The notes: generated by a model not told the origin, from the sequence alone. A stretch of DNA of 64,000 nucleotides from Polyangiales bacterium (GCA_038231275.1 JBBRLQ010000009.1:160001-224000); one strand, 5' to 3'. Numbered from the stretch's first letter, positions 19,720-31,368 are shown. Numbers and translations are program-made.

Positions 19720-21306
19720 TCAAAAGCGGGCGCCGAGCATGGCCCCGCCGGTCGCCCCCGGGACCCCGCGTACGCGCGCGGCTTCGCGCAGGAAAAGCAC
19801 GCTCGCCCGTGCGCCGAGCTCGCCGAAGAGCGTGGGGCCCAGGTCCACCCGGTACGCGGCGAGGACGTCGGGGCCGACCACGAACGCGCCGCTGTGAGTG
19901 GCGGCAGCGCCGGACTGCGACGGTTCGAGCGTCTGCCAGAGCCACCCCGCGCGCGCGCCGCCGCCGATCCGCAGCATCGAGGTCGCCCACGGCACCCGAA
20001 CCTCGAGCCCCGCGCGTCCGAAGCCGGTGACGAGGCGCTCGGTCGTGTCCGGAAGCGTGCGTCCCGCGAAGTCGGCGCCGCCGCCGATCGACAGCGCGAG
20101 CTTGCCCCACGCGTACGCGTACCCGCCGCGAGGTCCGTGCACGAGGCCGGTGCGTGTGTCGGCGCCTGCGTCGTAGCCCGCCTCGATCTCGTGATGCGTC
20201 GCGCGCGCGGGCGCGGCGATCACGTCGGCGTCCCCCTTCGAGGCGACCGCATCGAGCGTCGACGTCGCGAAGTCGCGCTCCTCGAGCTTGCGCTCCTCGC
20301 CTGCGACGACGGCGATCTGCGCCATGCCGCCGGTCGCGCCGAGACGCCGCTGAACGACGTAGCTCCCCGGCGGCACCGCCAGCGCGATGCGGCGATCGGC
20401 CGAGCCCCACAGCTCCGACACGACGCTCTTCGCGGCGCCGGCGTACACGAGAAAATGCGTGTCCTTCGCGATCGGCAGCGACAACGTCGACATGCGCGGC
20501 GCCGTCTGCGTCAGGACCACCGGCGACAGCTCGTGGAGGTTCACCACCGCCTCGGGCTTCTGCATGACGCCGCTGCTCTTCGCCGAACGGATGAGGGTCT
20601 GCGAGTAGGCGAACGCGAAGCTCTCGTCGAGCGTCACACGCGCGTCGCCGTTGGCGTCGGCGGCGCCGCGCAGCCCATTGAGCCACGCGTGCGTGAAGAG
20701 CGCGCCGCGGAGCTCGTCGGACTCCTGCGCCGCCTCGCCGTCGCTCGACGCGTGGAGCCACACCTGCCCGGTCGCCTGCGTGCTCGTCGTCGTCGAGATG
20801 GTGAACGGCTCGTCCTGCACAAAGCCCTTGTCGCGCGTGGTACGGCACGCGTCGGTGATCGCGATGCGGAGCGCGGCGGGCACTTGCTCGAGCTTCGCCG
20901 CGACCTCGGTCAGGAGCACGCGCTCGTCGCCGAGATGGAGCGCCTCGCGATCGCCATGGCCGCTGAAATAGAAGACGAGCGTGACCTCTTCGGGCTTGTG
21001 CTTCTTCGCCTCGTCGGCGCCCTTCTCGAACGCGGCGAGTAGCTGCGCACGGGTCGGCTCGGCGAGGACGAAGGTGTGCTCGGGCTTCACGCCGCCGAAC
21101 GCGACGAGCACGTCGCGAACGCGCGCGGCGTCGGTGTCGGCGTACTTGAGCGGGTGCTCGGCGGCGAGGCCAAGCTTGTGTCCCGCCGCGACGAGGATGC
21201 GCACCGGCTCCGCGCGCGCAACGCTGCACCACGTAGACGCCGCGGTCAGCACGAACGCCGTCACGAACGGCAACGCGCGCCTCGATCGGCCTCTACGCCC
21301 CGTCAC
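19720..21306 (-). CDS. Exported caspase-family (C14) protease with C-terminal beta-barrel-like domain
   Basis: Signal ..SVARA; LKYADTDA, FYFSGHG (His), ITDACR (Cys), AQESDEL..ALFTH..LNGLRGAAD; ends ..LGARF; GTGA overlap. Confidence 0.87.
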   Translation of the reverse strand: MTGRRGRSRRALPFVTAFVLTAASTWCSVARAEPVRILVAAGHKLGLAAEHPLKYADTDAARVRDVLVAFGGVKPEHTFVLAEPTRAQLLAAFEKGADEAKKHKPEEVTLVFYFSGHGDREALHLGDERVLLTEVAAKLEQVPAALRIAITDACRTTRDKGFVQDEPFTISTTTSTQATGQVWLHASSDGEAAQESDELRGALFTHAWLNGLRGAADANGDARVTLDESFAFAYSQTLIRSAKSSGVMQKPEAVVNLHELSPVVLTQTAPRMSTLSLPIAKDTHFLVYAGAAKSVVSELWGSADRRIALAVPPGSYVVQRRLGATGGMAQIAVVAGEERKLEERDFATSTLDAVASKGDADVIAAPARATHHEIEAGYDAGADTRTGLVHGPRGGYAYAWGKLALSIGGGADFAGRTLPDTTERLVTGFGRAGLEVRVPWATSMLRIGGGARAGWLWQTLEPSQSGAAATHSGAFVVGPDVLAAYRVDLGPTLFGELGARASVLFLREAARVRGVPGATGGAMLGARF

Positions 21307-22064
21307 GGCGCCTCCCACTCGACGCTCAACGTCCGCACGCCATCGGCCCGCTTGCCGTTCGGCTGCTTGCCGTTCGGCTGCTTGCCGTCGCGCGCCCGCT
21401 TCACGTCGGCTGGCGCGCCGACGAGGATCGTGCCGTTCGCGCGGTGCTCGTCGATTCGTACCGATTTCTCGGAAAAATGCGTCCCCGCGTCGCGGATTGC
21501 CTCCGGCATCAGCTCGACCCAGCTTCCATCGTCCCCCAGCACGCCGGCGAGTATGGCCTGAGAACGGTCCAGCGCAACCTCGACGCGCAACCGGTCCCCC
21601 GGGCGAACCCGCACGGTCCCGACGAATCGATCTTGCGCGCCGGTGCGATCGCGCACGACCGCGAGCTGTACGCCACCCTTGAACGTCGTGTCAGGATCGT
21701 TCTCTGCCAACGCAACGGGCGCGACGGAGGCGGAGCCAGGCGTGGTGGCCGTGGTCGTCGTCAGCGGCGCTCGAAGGAAGAGCACGGCGGCGGCCGCGGC
21801 GGCGAGGGGCACCCCTGCGGACGCGAGGAGGGTGAAGCGGCGTCGTGTCTCGTGGCGCCGCGCCTCGCCGAGCGCGCGGTCCATCGGTGTGCGCATCGTG
21901 AGGGTCTTGGCGCGCGCGACGAAGCCTCGGCACGCGTCGCATCCTTCGACGTGCGCGACCACGCGCGGCGAGTCTTCGCCCGCGGCGAACGCTTCGAGAT
22001 CGAGCGCGCTCGGATGGCTGGAAGTCGGGGTGGGTCGAGTGGGTTCGGTGGGCGCCTGGGTCAT
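21303..22064 (-). CDS. Putative zinc-binding anti-sigma factor (HxxxCxxC + TM + periplasmic domain)
   Basis: HVEGCDAC, TM LAAAAAAVLFL, FKGG, VRPGDRLRV; ATGA overlap with ECF. Confidence 0.75.
   Translation of the reverse strand: MTQAPTEPTRPTPTSSHPSALDLEAFAAGEDSPRVVAHVEGCDACRGFVARAKTLTMRTPMDRALGEARRHETRRRFTLLASAGVPLAAAAAAVLFLRAPLTTTTATTPGSASVAPVALAENDPDTTFKGGVQLAVVRDRTGAQDRFVGTVRVRPGDRLRVEVALDRSQAILAGVLGDDGSWVELMPEAIRDAGTHFSEKSVRIDEHRANGTILVGAPADVKRARDGKQPNGKQPNGKRADGVRTLSVEWEAP
21351..21388. repeat. 15-nt tandem repeat (GKQPN x2.5)
   Basis: CTTGCCGTTCGGCTG x2 + CTTGCCGT. Confidence 0.8.
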
Positions 22065-22576
22065 GACGCGGCCTCCTCGGGCGGCTCTTCGAGGCGAAGG
22101 CGAAGCGTGCCGCGAAGCTCCTGCGCGCGCTTGTTCACGGTGACGCGCGACACGCCGAGCTCGTCGGCGGCCTCCGACTGGGTCATCCCGTCGACGAAGA
22201 GCATGATCGCGAGCGTCTGCTGATCGGGGAGCAGCGCGTCGAGCGCTTCGAGCACGGCCCGTCGCGCGTCGACGTCGACGCCGGGCGCAGGTCCCAGCGC
22301 GTCGACGTCGTCGATGGGCAACGCTTCACGCACGCGCTTTCGTCGCCGCAAGAGATCGAGGCTCGTTCGCTCGACCGCGCGGCACAGCCACCTGAACGGC
22401 GAGGCCGCGTCGCGGAGCGGCTCGCCGCGGCGGAGCAACGTGGCGCAGAGCTCGTGGAGCGCGTCCTCCGCGAGAACGTCGTCGCGCAAGAGAAGGCGGC
22501 ACCGTCGCTCGAGCAGCGGTCCATAGCGGCGATACACTTCGCTCACCTCGCTGGCGGTCAGACCGCGAAAGATCAC
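22061..22576 (-). CDS. ECF sigma factor
   Basis: YRRYGPLL, AEDALHE, FRWLCR, DGMTQSEAADELGVSRVTVNKR. Confidence 0.87.
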   Translation of the reverse strand: MIFRGLTASEVSEVYRRYGPLLERRCRLLLRDDVLAEDALHELCATLLRRGEPLRDAASPFRWLCRAVERTSLDLLRRRKRVREALPIDDVDALGPAPGVDVDARRAVLEALDALLPDQQTLAIMLFVDGMTQSEAADELGVSRVTVNKRAQELRGTLRLRLEEPPEEAAS

Positions 22577-22596
22577 GCGACCTCGATGCGCTCAGT

Positions 22597-22621
22597 GCCT
22601 GACCGGAAAAGACGGTCAGGC
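22597..22621. terminator. 9-bp hairpin upstream of the ECF gene
   Basis: GCCTGACCG-gaaaaga-CGGTCAGGC followed by CTTCTTT on +; role on the coding (-) strand unclear. Confidence 0.4.
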
Positions 22622-22662
22622 CTTCTTTCAGGAGCGTTTCGCTCCGCTGCGCTTCGCTCCAC

Positions 22663-23799
22663 TCAGTCCACCGACGCGTCGAAGCTGCCGCCGTCGAGGT
22701 CGCCCGAATCCTTGAACGGGCCGGCGTCGGAGGAGGTGATCGCCACCGTGCAGGGCCACCCGAGCGGCACCTTGGCGTCGACCGTGAGCGACTCGCCGCC
22801 GATGCCCGCGCAGGGCAGGTCGGGGTAGAGAATGTCGCTCGAGCAGAGCCCCTCGGGCGGCGCGGGCGGCGGCGCGGGGCACGAGACGTCGTATTTCCAG
22901 CTGCGCCCGTCGGCGGAGCAGTGGAGCTTGGGATCGGTCGGCGACGGATAGCCGCTCGGGCCGCTCCCGCCGGTCGTCACGTTCGGGGTACCCGTCGAGC
23001 CGCTGTTGCCGGTGTCGAGCGTCGTCGAGCTACTCTGGCACACTGCGCCTGGCAGGCGCGGCGTCGACGACGAGAGCTTCAGCTCCACCTCGTTCAGCGG
23101 CAGCCAGCGCCCCTCGCTCCACGCGAGGTTGAAGCCCTCGACGGGGAGGATGCCGGACTTGTCGCGGAGCTTCTCGTAATCCAGCGAGCCGCCGCCGCGA
23201 AGATCCGCGATGAACAGCTCCTTGTTGCCGCCGAGCAGCCGATCGGGCGACGCGGCGGTGGAGCCGTTGAGGTCGAGCGCGCCGTTGCCGTTCGCGTCTT
23301 CGTAGACCACGAAGCCCGCGACCGCGACGGTGAGCGCCGGCCCGATCTGTCCACCCGCCTGTCCACCCGCCGTGTCCTTGATGCGAATCGCGTGGGCGGC
23401 GACGCCTGCGTCATCCGAGCCCGTGTTGCCGGTGCTCCCGCTGCCGCCGCTGCCGCTCGACGGCGGGCTCGACTGGCCGGGCGCGCTGACCGTGCTGTCG
23501 CTGCCGGACTCGTCCATGAAATACGCCTCGGGCGGCGTCTCGAGCGTCATCGAGAAGCGCCCGCCGGAGATCGCGACGTCGGCGCCCACCGCGTAGCCGC
23601 CCGTCTTTCCGGCGCGCCAAACCAAGGCGACGCGCGCGCTCGACGACGCGCCGGTGCCGGTCAACGCTCCCGAGATCGTGGCGACCTTGCCCGAGCCCTT
23701 GATCGTCGGATCGCTGATCCCGCCGCACGCGACGGCGAGGGCGACGAGGGAGGCGCTGGCGGAAGCTGCGAAGAAAGCGCGTCGAATGGGCATGGGCAT
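22663..23799 (-). CDS. Lipoprotein of unknown function
   Basis: LAVAC lipobox; YEDANGNGALD Ca-loop-like motif; Cys-rich C-terminus. Confidence 0.75.
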   Translation of the reverse strand: MPMPIRRAFFAASASASLVALAVACGGISDPTIKGSGKVATISGALTGTGASSSARVALVWRAGKTGGYAVGADVAISGGRFSMTLETPPEAYFMDESGSDSTVSAPGQSSPPSSGSGGSGSTGNTGSDDAGVAAHAIRIKDTAGGQAGGQIGPALTVAVAGFVVYEDANGNGALDLNGSTAASPDRLLGGNKELFIADLRGGGSLDYEKLRDKSGILPVEGFNLAWSEGRWLPLNEVELKLSSSTPRLPGAVCQSSSTTLDTGNSGSTGTPNVTTGGSGPSGYPSPTDPKLHCSADGRSWKYDVSCPAPPPAPPEGLCSSDILYPDLPCAGIGGESLTVDAKVPLGWPCTVAITSSDAGPFKDSGDLDGGSFDASVD

Positions 23800-23897
23800 C
23801 TCCGAGGAAGAGGTTCTTGCCCCGTAGACGCAGCGAGCGGGGGAAGGTGTAAAGCACGCCTCGAAGATTTATCAAACCTACACGAGCCTACACGGCT

Positions 23898-24329
23898 TCA
23901 TCCGTGCGGGAAGAGCGGGCGCCCGTAGGGCAAAAACGGCCACGGCATGCCCATCAAAATCAAGATGAGGGCGATCGCCGTCCACATGACGACCTTGCGC
24001 TTGCGCGTCTCGTCGTCCTTCGCGCGGCGGCCCGCGACGCGGCCCACGTGCACGATCGCGATCGCGATGATCATCGCGAATGGGTGCTCCACCGCCCAGA
24101 AGCGGAGCGCGTGATCCTTCATCGCCGCCTTCATGTTCGACAGCGCGAGCTGCGTGACCGGGCTCACGGCCGTGTACATGAGGAGACCGAGCAGGGCCTG
24201 CGTGTCGGCGGCGATGACGAGGGCGAGCCCCGGCCGCTTCTCGAGCGGCCGCGCGAGGGTCCACACGGCCGCGCCGACGAGGAGCCAGCGGACTAGTCCG
24301 TGCAAAAAGAGCAGCGTGGAATAGAGCAC
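23898..24329 (-). CDS. Four-TM membrane protein with conserved-looking His residues
   Basis: LHGLVRW, DTQALLGL, VEHPFAM, VHVG, MPWP. Confidence 0.75.
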   Translation of the reverse strand: MLYSTLLFLHGLVRWLLVGAAVWTLARPLEKRPGLALVIAADTQALLGLLMYTAVSPVTQLALSNMKAAMKDHALRFWAVEHPFAMIIAIAIVHVGRVAGRRAKDDETRKRKVVMWTAIALILILMGMPWPFLPYGRPLFPHG

Positions 24330-24338
24330 GCGGCCACC

Positions 24339-24824
24339 TTACCGTGCGGCTCGCCCTCGTGGCCCCTTCTTTCGCGCGCGCGCGACGGCGAGGGGGCCGC
24401 GCGGCTTGCGGGGCTTGGGGACCTTTCCGATCCGCGGATCGCGCGCGCGCACGAGCTCGCACGCGCGGAGCACTTCGTCCTCGAAGGTCGCGGCGTCGGC
24501 GGGGAGGATCTGCCACCCGGTCTCGCCGCCACCCGCGAGGACGCCGATCGCGCGGAGGCTCGGCATCTCCGCGCGCAGCGTCGCGTGGTGCTCGCGCACG
24601 GTGGCTACCCACACGCCGTTGTCGCGCGGATGGCTAGGCCGATCGCGCAGCGCGAAGACGATCTTGTCGTCCACGTAGACCGCCGTGCACCCAAAGAGCG
24701 GCCGCGTCGTCGGCCCGACCGCATCGAGCTCGGCCAGGACGAAGTCGAACGGCACCGGTTTGCTGCGCGCGGCGGCGAACAGCGCCTCGTCGGGGCGCGG
24801 GGACATCCTCTTCTTCGGCCGCAT
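24339..24824 (-). CDS. TfoX N-terminal-like domain protein
   Basis: TTRPLFGCTAVYVDDKIVFAL resembles the R-MFG---Y----IF motif; start uncertain. Confidence 0.6.
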   Translation of the reverse strand: MRPKKRMSPRPDEALFAAARSKPVPFDFVLAELDAVGPTTRPLFGCTAVYVDDKIVFALRDRPSHPRDNGVWVATVREHHATLRAEMPSLRAIGVLAGGGETGWQILPADAATFEDEVLRACELVRARDPRIGKVPKPRKPRGPLAVARARKKGPRGRAAR

Positions 24825-24906
24825 GCGCTCGCGTAGGATAGTCGCGCCTCGCCCGGAGCGCTGCACGAAGACTACGCGCGCGCGTCGAAGGTCACGACCG
24901 GCACGC

Positions 24907-25875
24907 TCACGGCGTGACGGCGCCGTTCCAGCGATCGCGGAGGTACGGCAGCATCGTCTCGTTCATGCCCCAGATGTGATCGATGTGATCCTTCACGCCT
25001 TGCCCCTCGAAGCCCTTCACGTGGAAGGCGCCGCGGTGGCTCTCGTAAATCTGTCGCATGTTGCGCGGACCGACGGTGGCGTTGACGGTCTTGGGCGTGC
25101 TCGTGATCTTGAGGAGCGTACCGATCGTCTCTCCCGCGCTCGGGTAGCCGTACGTCGGGATCGACGAGTGCGTGAGCACGAACAGCTTCTCGCCGCGGAA
25201 CGCCGCCTCCGCGATCTTCGCGTATTTCGCGAGGGGGGCTTCGTTGACGACGCGCTTGCGCTCGTCGGAGTAGCCGGAGTGCAGGCCGTCGGCGAGGAGC
25301 ACCGCGTCGATGCGCTTGACCGTCGCAGGATCGCGCAAGAGGGCGCTCACCGCGCCGTAGCCCGCGCTCCACGCCGAAAGCGCGATGCGTCCGACGCGGG
25401 CGCCAGGCGCGCGGCCGCTCTTGTCGACGTGGTGGTCGGTGGCGTTGAGGATGCGCGTCAGGGCCGCCGGATCGCGAAACGCGTCCTCGTAGGGGCCCGA
25501 GCCCATGCCGAGGTTGACGCTCACGACGACCGCGTTGAGGTGCGTGCGCTCGACGTTGGTGTCTTGCGCCTCGTGCATCCCGTGAAAGTGGACGACGACG
25601 TCGTAGCTGCCGTTCGCGGCGTGAAAGAACGTCGGGATGTAGAGATCGCAGTGACCGAAATGCGCGTGGTACGCGGGCTCGGGCGACGGCTCGGCGGCGT
25701 GCTCGTTCGCTTTCTGCGAGCGGCTGTCGGCCGGCGAAATGCGCGCTTGCGATTTCGGACCGCGATCTGCGCTGCCCGTCGCGCCAAGAGTGCGGGGCGC
25801 CGCGACGAGCGCGAGCGAAATGGCGGCGATCGAAAAGGCCGTGCGACCGATCCTCGTGGCTCCGACTCGACCCAT
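24907..25875 (-). CDS. Exported alpha/beta hydrolase-fold protein
   Basis: VVVHFHG, LSAWSAGY nucleophile elbow, LLADGLH, DHIDH. Confidence 0.7.
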   Translation of the reverse strand: MGRVGATRIGRTAFSIAAISLALVAAPRTLGATGSADRGPKSQARISPADSRSQKANEHAAEPSPEPAYHAHFGHCDLYIPTFFHAANGSYDVVVHFHGMHEAQDTNVERTHLNAVVVSVNLGMGSGPYEDAFRDPAALTRILNATDHHVDKSGRAPGARVGRIALSAWSAGYGAVSALLRDPATVKRIDAVLLADGLHSGYSDERKRVVNEAPLAKYAKIAEAAFRGEKLFVLTHSSIPTYGYPSAGETIGTLLKITSTPKTVNATVGPRNMRQIYESHRGAFHVKGFEGQGVKDHIDHIWGMNETMLPYLRDRWNGAVTP

Positions 25876-26061
25876 CCGCGTCCGGCCCACTTCAAAGTTC
25901 GGGCCGGCGCCTCGACGCCAGCGCAACCGTTGGAAATCGCGGAAAGAACGTGCCTGGATGGGGTGGATAGCCCCTGAGTCGGGCGGGCCGCTGATGAGAC
26001 CGGGAGGCCGCAACCCAAATCGCTCGACAGACGATCTTTCGCGTGGTTGAAGAGATGCGCG

Positions 26062-26826
26062 ATGCGTCGTTCTTGGCCGGATGCGTCAGAGGCGTTGGGG
26101 TTCGAGGGGCAGGTGCTCACGCGGGGCACGGCGCTCGTCGACTTTCGGCTTCCCGTTCCCGAGGGCGTGTTTCAGGCGGGAGAGGACAGCGTGGTCTTCG
26201 TCGCACCAGCGATATCGTCGCTCCCCGACGAGCCTGCGCGCGCGAGTCGGCCGTCCTTCCCCGGCGCGCATTGGCTGACGCCGCCGCCGGAGCTCTCGGA
26301 GGAGATGCGCGCGCGCTCGTCGCGCCCTGATCCGCGCGAGATCGACGACGACGAGCCCACGCTCCCCGTCATCCCGCTCTCCCGTCGCCGCGGCACGGGC
26401 GACGCGCTCGCGTCCGCGGGCGAGGAGCTCGTCGGGCGCACGCCGGCGGCGCGTGTCGCCCGTGTCGGCGTGGTGGTCTCGCTGATCTTCGCGGGCCTCG
26501 CCGCCCACGCGCTCGGGAACGCGCACCCCGCGGTCACGGCATCGGCTGTGGCGACACCCGACGCGAACGCGCACACTCCGGTCGCGGCCCTCGTCACGCG
26601 GACCTCGAAGACCGGGACCGACTCGGCCCACGTCGCCGCCGCGCCCGCGCCGGTGGTCATCTCCGGTGCGCCCGTATGGATCGTGCTCTCGCCGTCGCGT
26701 GGGGTGACCTCGACGACCAAGCGGCCGGGCGAGCCGCTCGCGCCGCTCGTGCCAGGCGTTCCCGAGACCCTCGGTCTCCCGCGTCCCGCGCCGCCCCCGC
26801 CGCGCTCGGAATTCGCGCGTCTTTGA
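26062..26826 (+). CDS. Hypothetical single-TM protein
   Basis: ORF fills gap; TM VGVVVSLIFAGLAA; low-complexity flanks. Confidence 0.45.
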   Translation: MRRSWPDASEALGFEGQVLTRGTALVDFRLPVPEGVFQAGEDSVVFVAPAISSLPDEPARASRPSFPGAHWLTPPPELSEEMRARSSRPDPREIDDDEPTLPVIPLSRRRGTGDALASAGEELVGRTPAARVARVGVVVSLIFAGLAAHALGNAHPAVTASAVATPDANAHTPVAALVTRTSKTGTDSAHVAAAPAPVVISGAPVWIVLSPSRGVTSTTKRPGEPLAPLVPGVPETLGLPRPAPPPPRSEFARL

Positions 26827-26854
26827 CGGCGCCTCGCGCTATTCTCTTGCCAGC

Positions 26855-28516
<1,662 letters not shown>

Positions 28517-28548
28517 CGTCAGGTAGTCGCGTCGCGTCCGAGTGGAGC

Positions 28549-30120
28549 TTACTTGCGGCGGCGGACGAGGCCGCGGACGTCTTCGAGATCCGCGCGAGAG
28601 AGCTCTCCGGTCACGACCATGAGGACGACGTAGACGACGCCGAGCGCACCCGCGAGGAGGACGACGGCGTAGCGGCCCACGTGCGGCAAGCTCGGTCCGG
28701 CCACGAAGGCGATCGCGACGGCAGCGCCGACCCGCGCGGCGGTCTTCCATGGAACGAACGCGCCGGCGACGCGGACCACGGCGACGACGCCGGCGACGAG
28801 CGCCAGGCCGAGCGCGCTGGTCGTGGCGGCCGCGGTGGAGATGAGCTGGATGCGCCCGAACGCGTCGGTCGGCATCGCGAAGAAACACGCGAGACACACC
28901 GCGGCGCACGCGCAGATGGTGATGCTCGCCGCCAAGCGCTCGCGTCCGAGGCTCGCGAGGACCGTCATGGCGACGCCGAGCAGCGCGAACGCGGCCTGGC
29001 CGAGCGCGAGGAGGCGCAGCGTGTCGTGACCGCGCGACGCCACTTCGGACCCGTAGGCGAACTCGAGAAGGCCGCCGGGGACCGCGACGATCACCGACAC
29101 CATGAGGCCGCCCGCGATCGTCGCGATTCGCGCGCCGCGTGCGACGTAGCGGGCGACTGCGGCGGTGTCCCCTTCGCTCTTCGCGTGCGCGAGCATCGGG
29201 AAGAGGACCTGCGTCACGCTGAAGAGGAGCTGGTAAGGCAGGAACGCAAAGAGCTGGCACGCGCGGTAGACGCCGACCCACTCGTCGGCCGCCTTCGCGG
29301 GATCGGCCGCGTTCGTGACGAGCGCCCCTTCAGAGAGGAATCGCCCGAGGACGGTGATGTCGATTTGCATCAGGACGTTGGTGCCCAGCTGCGCGAGCGC
29401 GAGCGGGAGTAGCTGCGCGAGGTATTCACGAGGCGAGGGGACCTCGGGCGCTCCTTCGCCGCCCGGCCTCCCGGTTCCGGCGCGGCGCGCGGCGAGCGGC
29501 ACGATGCACGCGGCGGCGAGGACGAACCCGCTGATCGCCCCGAGCGCGCCCGACATGCCGCGCCGCGCGAACGCCCACCCGAGGCCGAGCATGCCGATGG
29601 TGCGGAGCACCGCGAACGTCATGTCGAGCGACGCTTGCCGCGTGAACTGCGCGCGCCCGTTCAGCATCCCCACGAGCGGCGCGTACAGGCCATAGAGCGC
29701 GACCACGCCGGACGCGACGATCAACGGCGCGACGACGTGCGGCGCGTGCTCGAATTTCCCGACGAGCGGCGCGGCCGCGGCAAAGAGGAGCGCGAGCCCG
29801 AGCGCGAGGGGCACGTGCACCTTGAGCGTCGCGCGCAGGGCCTGCTCTTCCAGCAGCGCTCCCCTTGCGCGCGCGCGCGCACGCGCGACAGTGCGGCTGA
29901 CGCCCTGGATGGAGGACGACACGACGACGTTGTTCACGACGCTCGCCACCGCGAGCACGCGCGACAGCGCGCCGTACCCTGCGAGCCCGATCAGGCTCGG
30001 CAGCACGGTCTGCTGCACGAGCCCGATCACGATGAAGAACGCCTTCGCCGCGAGCACGGCGACACCGCCGCGGCCCGCAGCCCGCGCGCGCTCGTCGCCC
30101 GCCGCGACCTCGCCCTTCAC
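28549..30120 (-). CDS. MOP-superfamily polysaccharide/lipid II flippase-like transporter
   Basis: About 12-14 TM; G..GYG in the first loop, VGVYRAC, VLFPMLA. Confidence 0.75.
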   Translation of the reverse strand: MKGEVAAGDERARAAGRGGVAVLAAKAFFIVIGLVQQTVLPSLIGLAGYGALSRVLAVASVVNNVVVSSSIQGVSRTVARARARARGALLEEQALRATLKVHVPLALGLALLFAAAAPLVGKFEHAPHVVAPLIVASGVVALYGLYAPLVGMLNGRAQFTRQASLDMTFAVLRTIGMLGLGWAFARRGMSGALGAISGFVLAAACIVPLAARRAGTGRPGGEGAPEVPSPREYLAQLLPLALAQLGTNVLMQIDITVLGRFLSEGALVTNAADPAKAADEWVGVYRACQLFAFLPYQLLFSVTQVLFPMLAHAKSEGDTAAVARYVARGARIATIAGGLMVSVIVAVPGGLLEFAYGSEVASRGHDTLRLLALGQAAFALLGVAMTVLASLGRERLAASITICACAAVCLACFFAMPTDAFGRIQLISTAAATTSALGLALVAGVVAVVRVAGAFVPWKTAARVGAAVAIAFVAGPSLPHVGRYAVVLLAGALGVVYVVLMVVTGELSRADLEDVRGLVRRRK

Positions 30121-30142
30121 GGACTCCCTTCTGTCGCTCTAC

Positions 30143-30814
30143 TTAGAAGCTGGAGCCGTACTGGCCGCGGAGCTCGTCGTCGATCGTGGTGAAGATCATC
30201 GCGATGTCGAGGAGAAGCATGACCGACGCCGTGACGATGCCGGCGATGCAGAAGCCACTGCCCTTGAACATCATCGGGTTCGATTTGACCTTGTTCAGGC
30301 CGACGATGCCGCAAACGATGGCGGCGATCGGCACGGGCGCGCCGAAGTAGCCGCAGCAGCAGAGCGGCACCGACACGATGCCACACACGAGCGCGGTGAT
30401 CGCGAGCGGGTGGAGCTTCGCCTGGCCGCCCATCGGATCCATCGGACCGCCGAAGCCACCGCCCGGGGGACCGCCATAGCCGCCGCCTGGCGGACCGTAC
30501 CCGGGGGGACCGCCCTGTGGGGGACCACCCTGCGGGGGACCGCCATAGCCGCCGCCTCCGGGAGGACCGCCGTACCCGCCGCCTCCGGGAGGACCGCCGT
30601 ACCCGCCGCCACCCGGGGGACCGCCCTGCGGGGGACCGCCGTATCCGCCGCCGCCACCGCCGCCAGGGGGAGGACCATATCCGCCGCCACCGCCGCCCGG
30701 GGGAGGACCATATCCGCCGCCACCGCCGCCCGGAGGAGGCCCACCGTATCCGCCGCCGCCCGGAGGCCCGTATCCACCGGCCGCTTCGATCTGCCCCTGC
30801 TCGCTCGTCGTCAT
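30143..30814 (-). CDS. DUF4190-like membrane protein with long Gly/Pro/Tyr repeat
   Basis: LAITALVCGIVS, AIVCGIVGL..KG.GFCIAGI; SD GGAGG. Confidence 0.8.
   Translation of the reverse strand: MTTSEQGQIEAAGGYGPPGGGGYGGPPPGGGGGGYGPPPGGGGGGYGPPPGGGGGGGYGGPPQGGPPGGGGYGGPPGGGGYGGPPGGGGYGGPPQGGPPQGGPPGYGPPGGGYGGPPGGGFGGPMDPMGGQAKLHPLAITALVCGIVSVPLCCCGYFGAPVPIAAIVCGIVGLNKVKSNPMMFKGSGFCIAGIVTASVMLLLDIAMIFTTIDDELRGQYGSSF
30450..30780 (-). repeat. Degenerate coding tandem repeat GGGGYG(G)PPP
   Basis: About 10 imperfect units such as GGAGGACCGCCGTACCCGCCGCC on +. Confidence 0.85.
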
Positions 30815-30900
30815 GCGCACCCTCCGAGGCAGACAGCCTCGCACGAGAGAGCGCGCGAGTGAACGTCGAAATCGCCAAATACGTTGCTATCTTTCCGGCC

Positions 30901-31362
30901 ATGGTACCGGCAGCGGGTCTGGATGCGGCTCACCCGTCGAGGGACGCGGCCCCTGAAGACCACCGGCAAGGCGCATACCCCGCGCGAGCTCTTGGCGTCG
31001 CGGCGGCGTGGGTGCTCGGTGCCCTTCCGGCGGCGACCGGCCTCACGCGCTGCCCGGTCGCTCTCTTCACGCACCACGCGTGCCCGGGATGTGGCCTCAC
31101 GCGCGCCGTTCGCCTCCTCTTCCATGGGGACGTCGCCGGCTCCCTCCACATGCACGCCCTCGCGGTCGCGGTCGTGGCCTCGAGCGGCCTCATCATGCTC
31201 GGAACCACCTGGGCGGCGTATCGCCGCGGAACCCCCACCGATCTGTTGCAGGTGCCGTTCGGCCGCTTCGCCGCGTGGGCGTTCGTCGTGGTCCAGGTGA
31301 CCCTCCTCCTCTATTACGTGGCCCGTCTGGCCGGCGCGTTCGGTGGCCTTCCGCCGGTGTGA
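30901..31362 (+). CDS. DUF2752-like membrane protein
   Basis: CPVALFTHHACPGCGLTRA motif followed by TM helices. Confidence 0.82.
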   Translation: MVPAAGLDAAHPSRDAAPEDHRQGAYPARALGVAAAWVLGALPAATGLTRCPVALFTHHACPGCGLTRAVRLLFHGDVAGSLHMHALAVAVVASSGLIMLGTTWAAYRRGTPTDLLQVPFGRFAAWAFVVVQVTLLLYYVARLAGAFGGLPPV

Positions 31363-31368
31363 GCCAGG

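Noticed and set aside
24339..24824. TfoX-like gene as a competence regulator linking comM and pilins
   Set aside because: Stand-alone TfoX-N-like domains are widespread and the match is weak; the loci are far apart
25892..25906. GG-N10-GA sigma54-like element before the hydrolase, and a similar weak one at 57091-57105
   Set aside because: Non-consensus -12 or weak match; not distinguishable from chance
25950..26035. CTGATGAG in an intergenic region suggesting a hammerhead ribozyme or fluoride riboswitch
   Set aside because: The required GAAA is GACA, the stems do not close, and fluoride pseudoknot pairing is absent
30450..30780. Regular repeats resembling a CRISPR array (also 51595-51699 and 57907-58041)
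   Set aside because: In-frame coding low-complexity repeats without unique spacers; no cas genes
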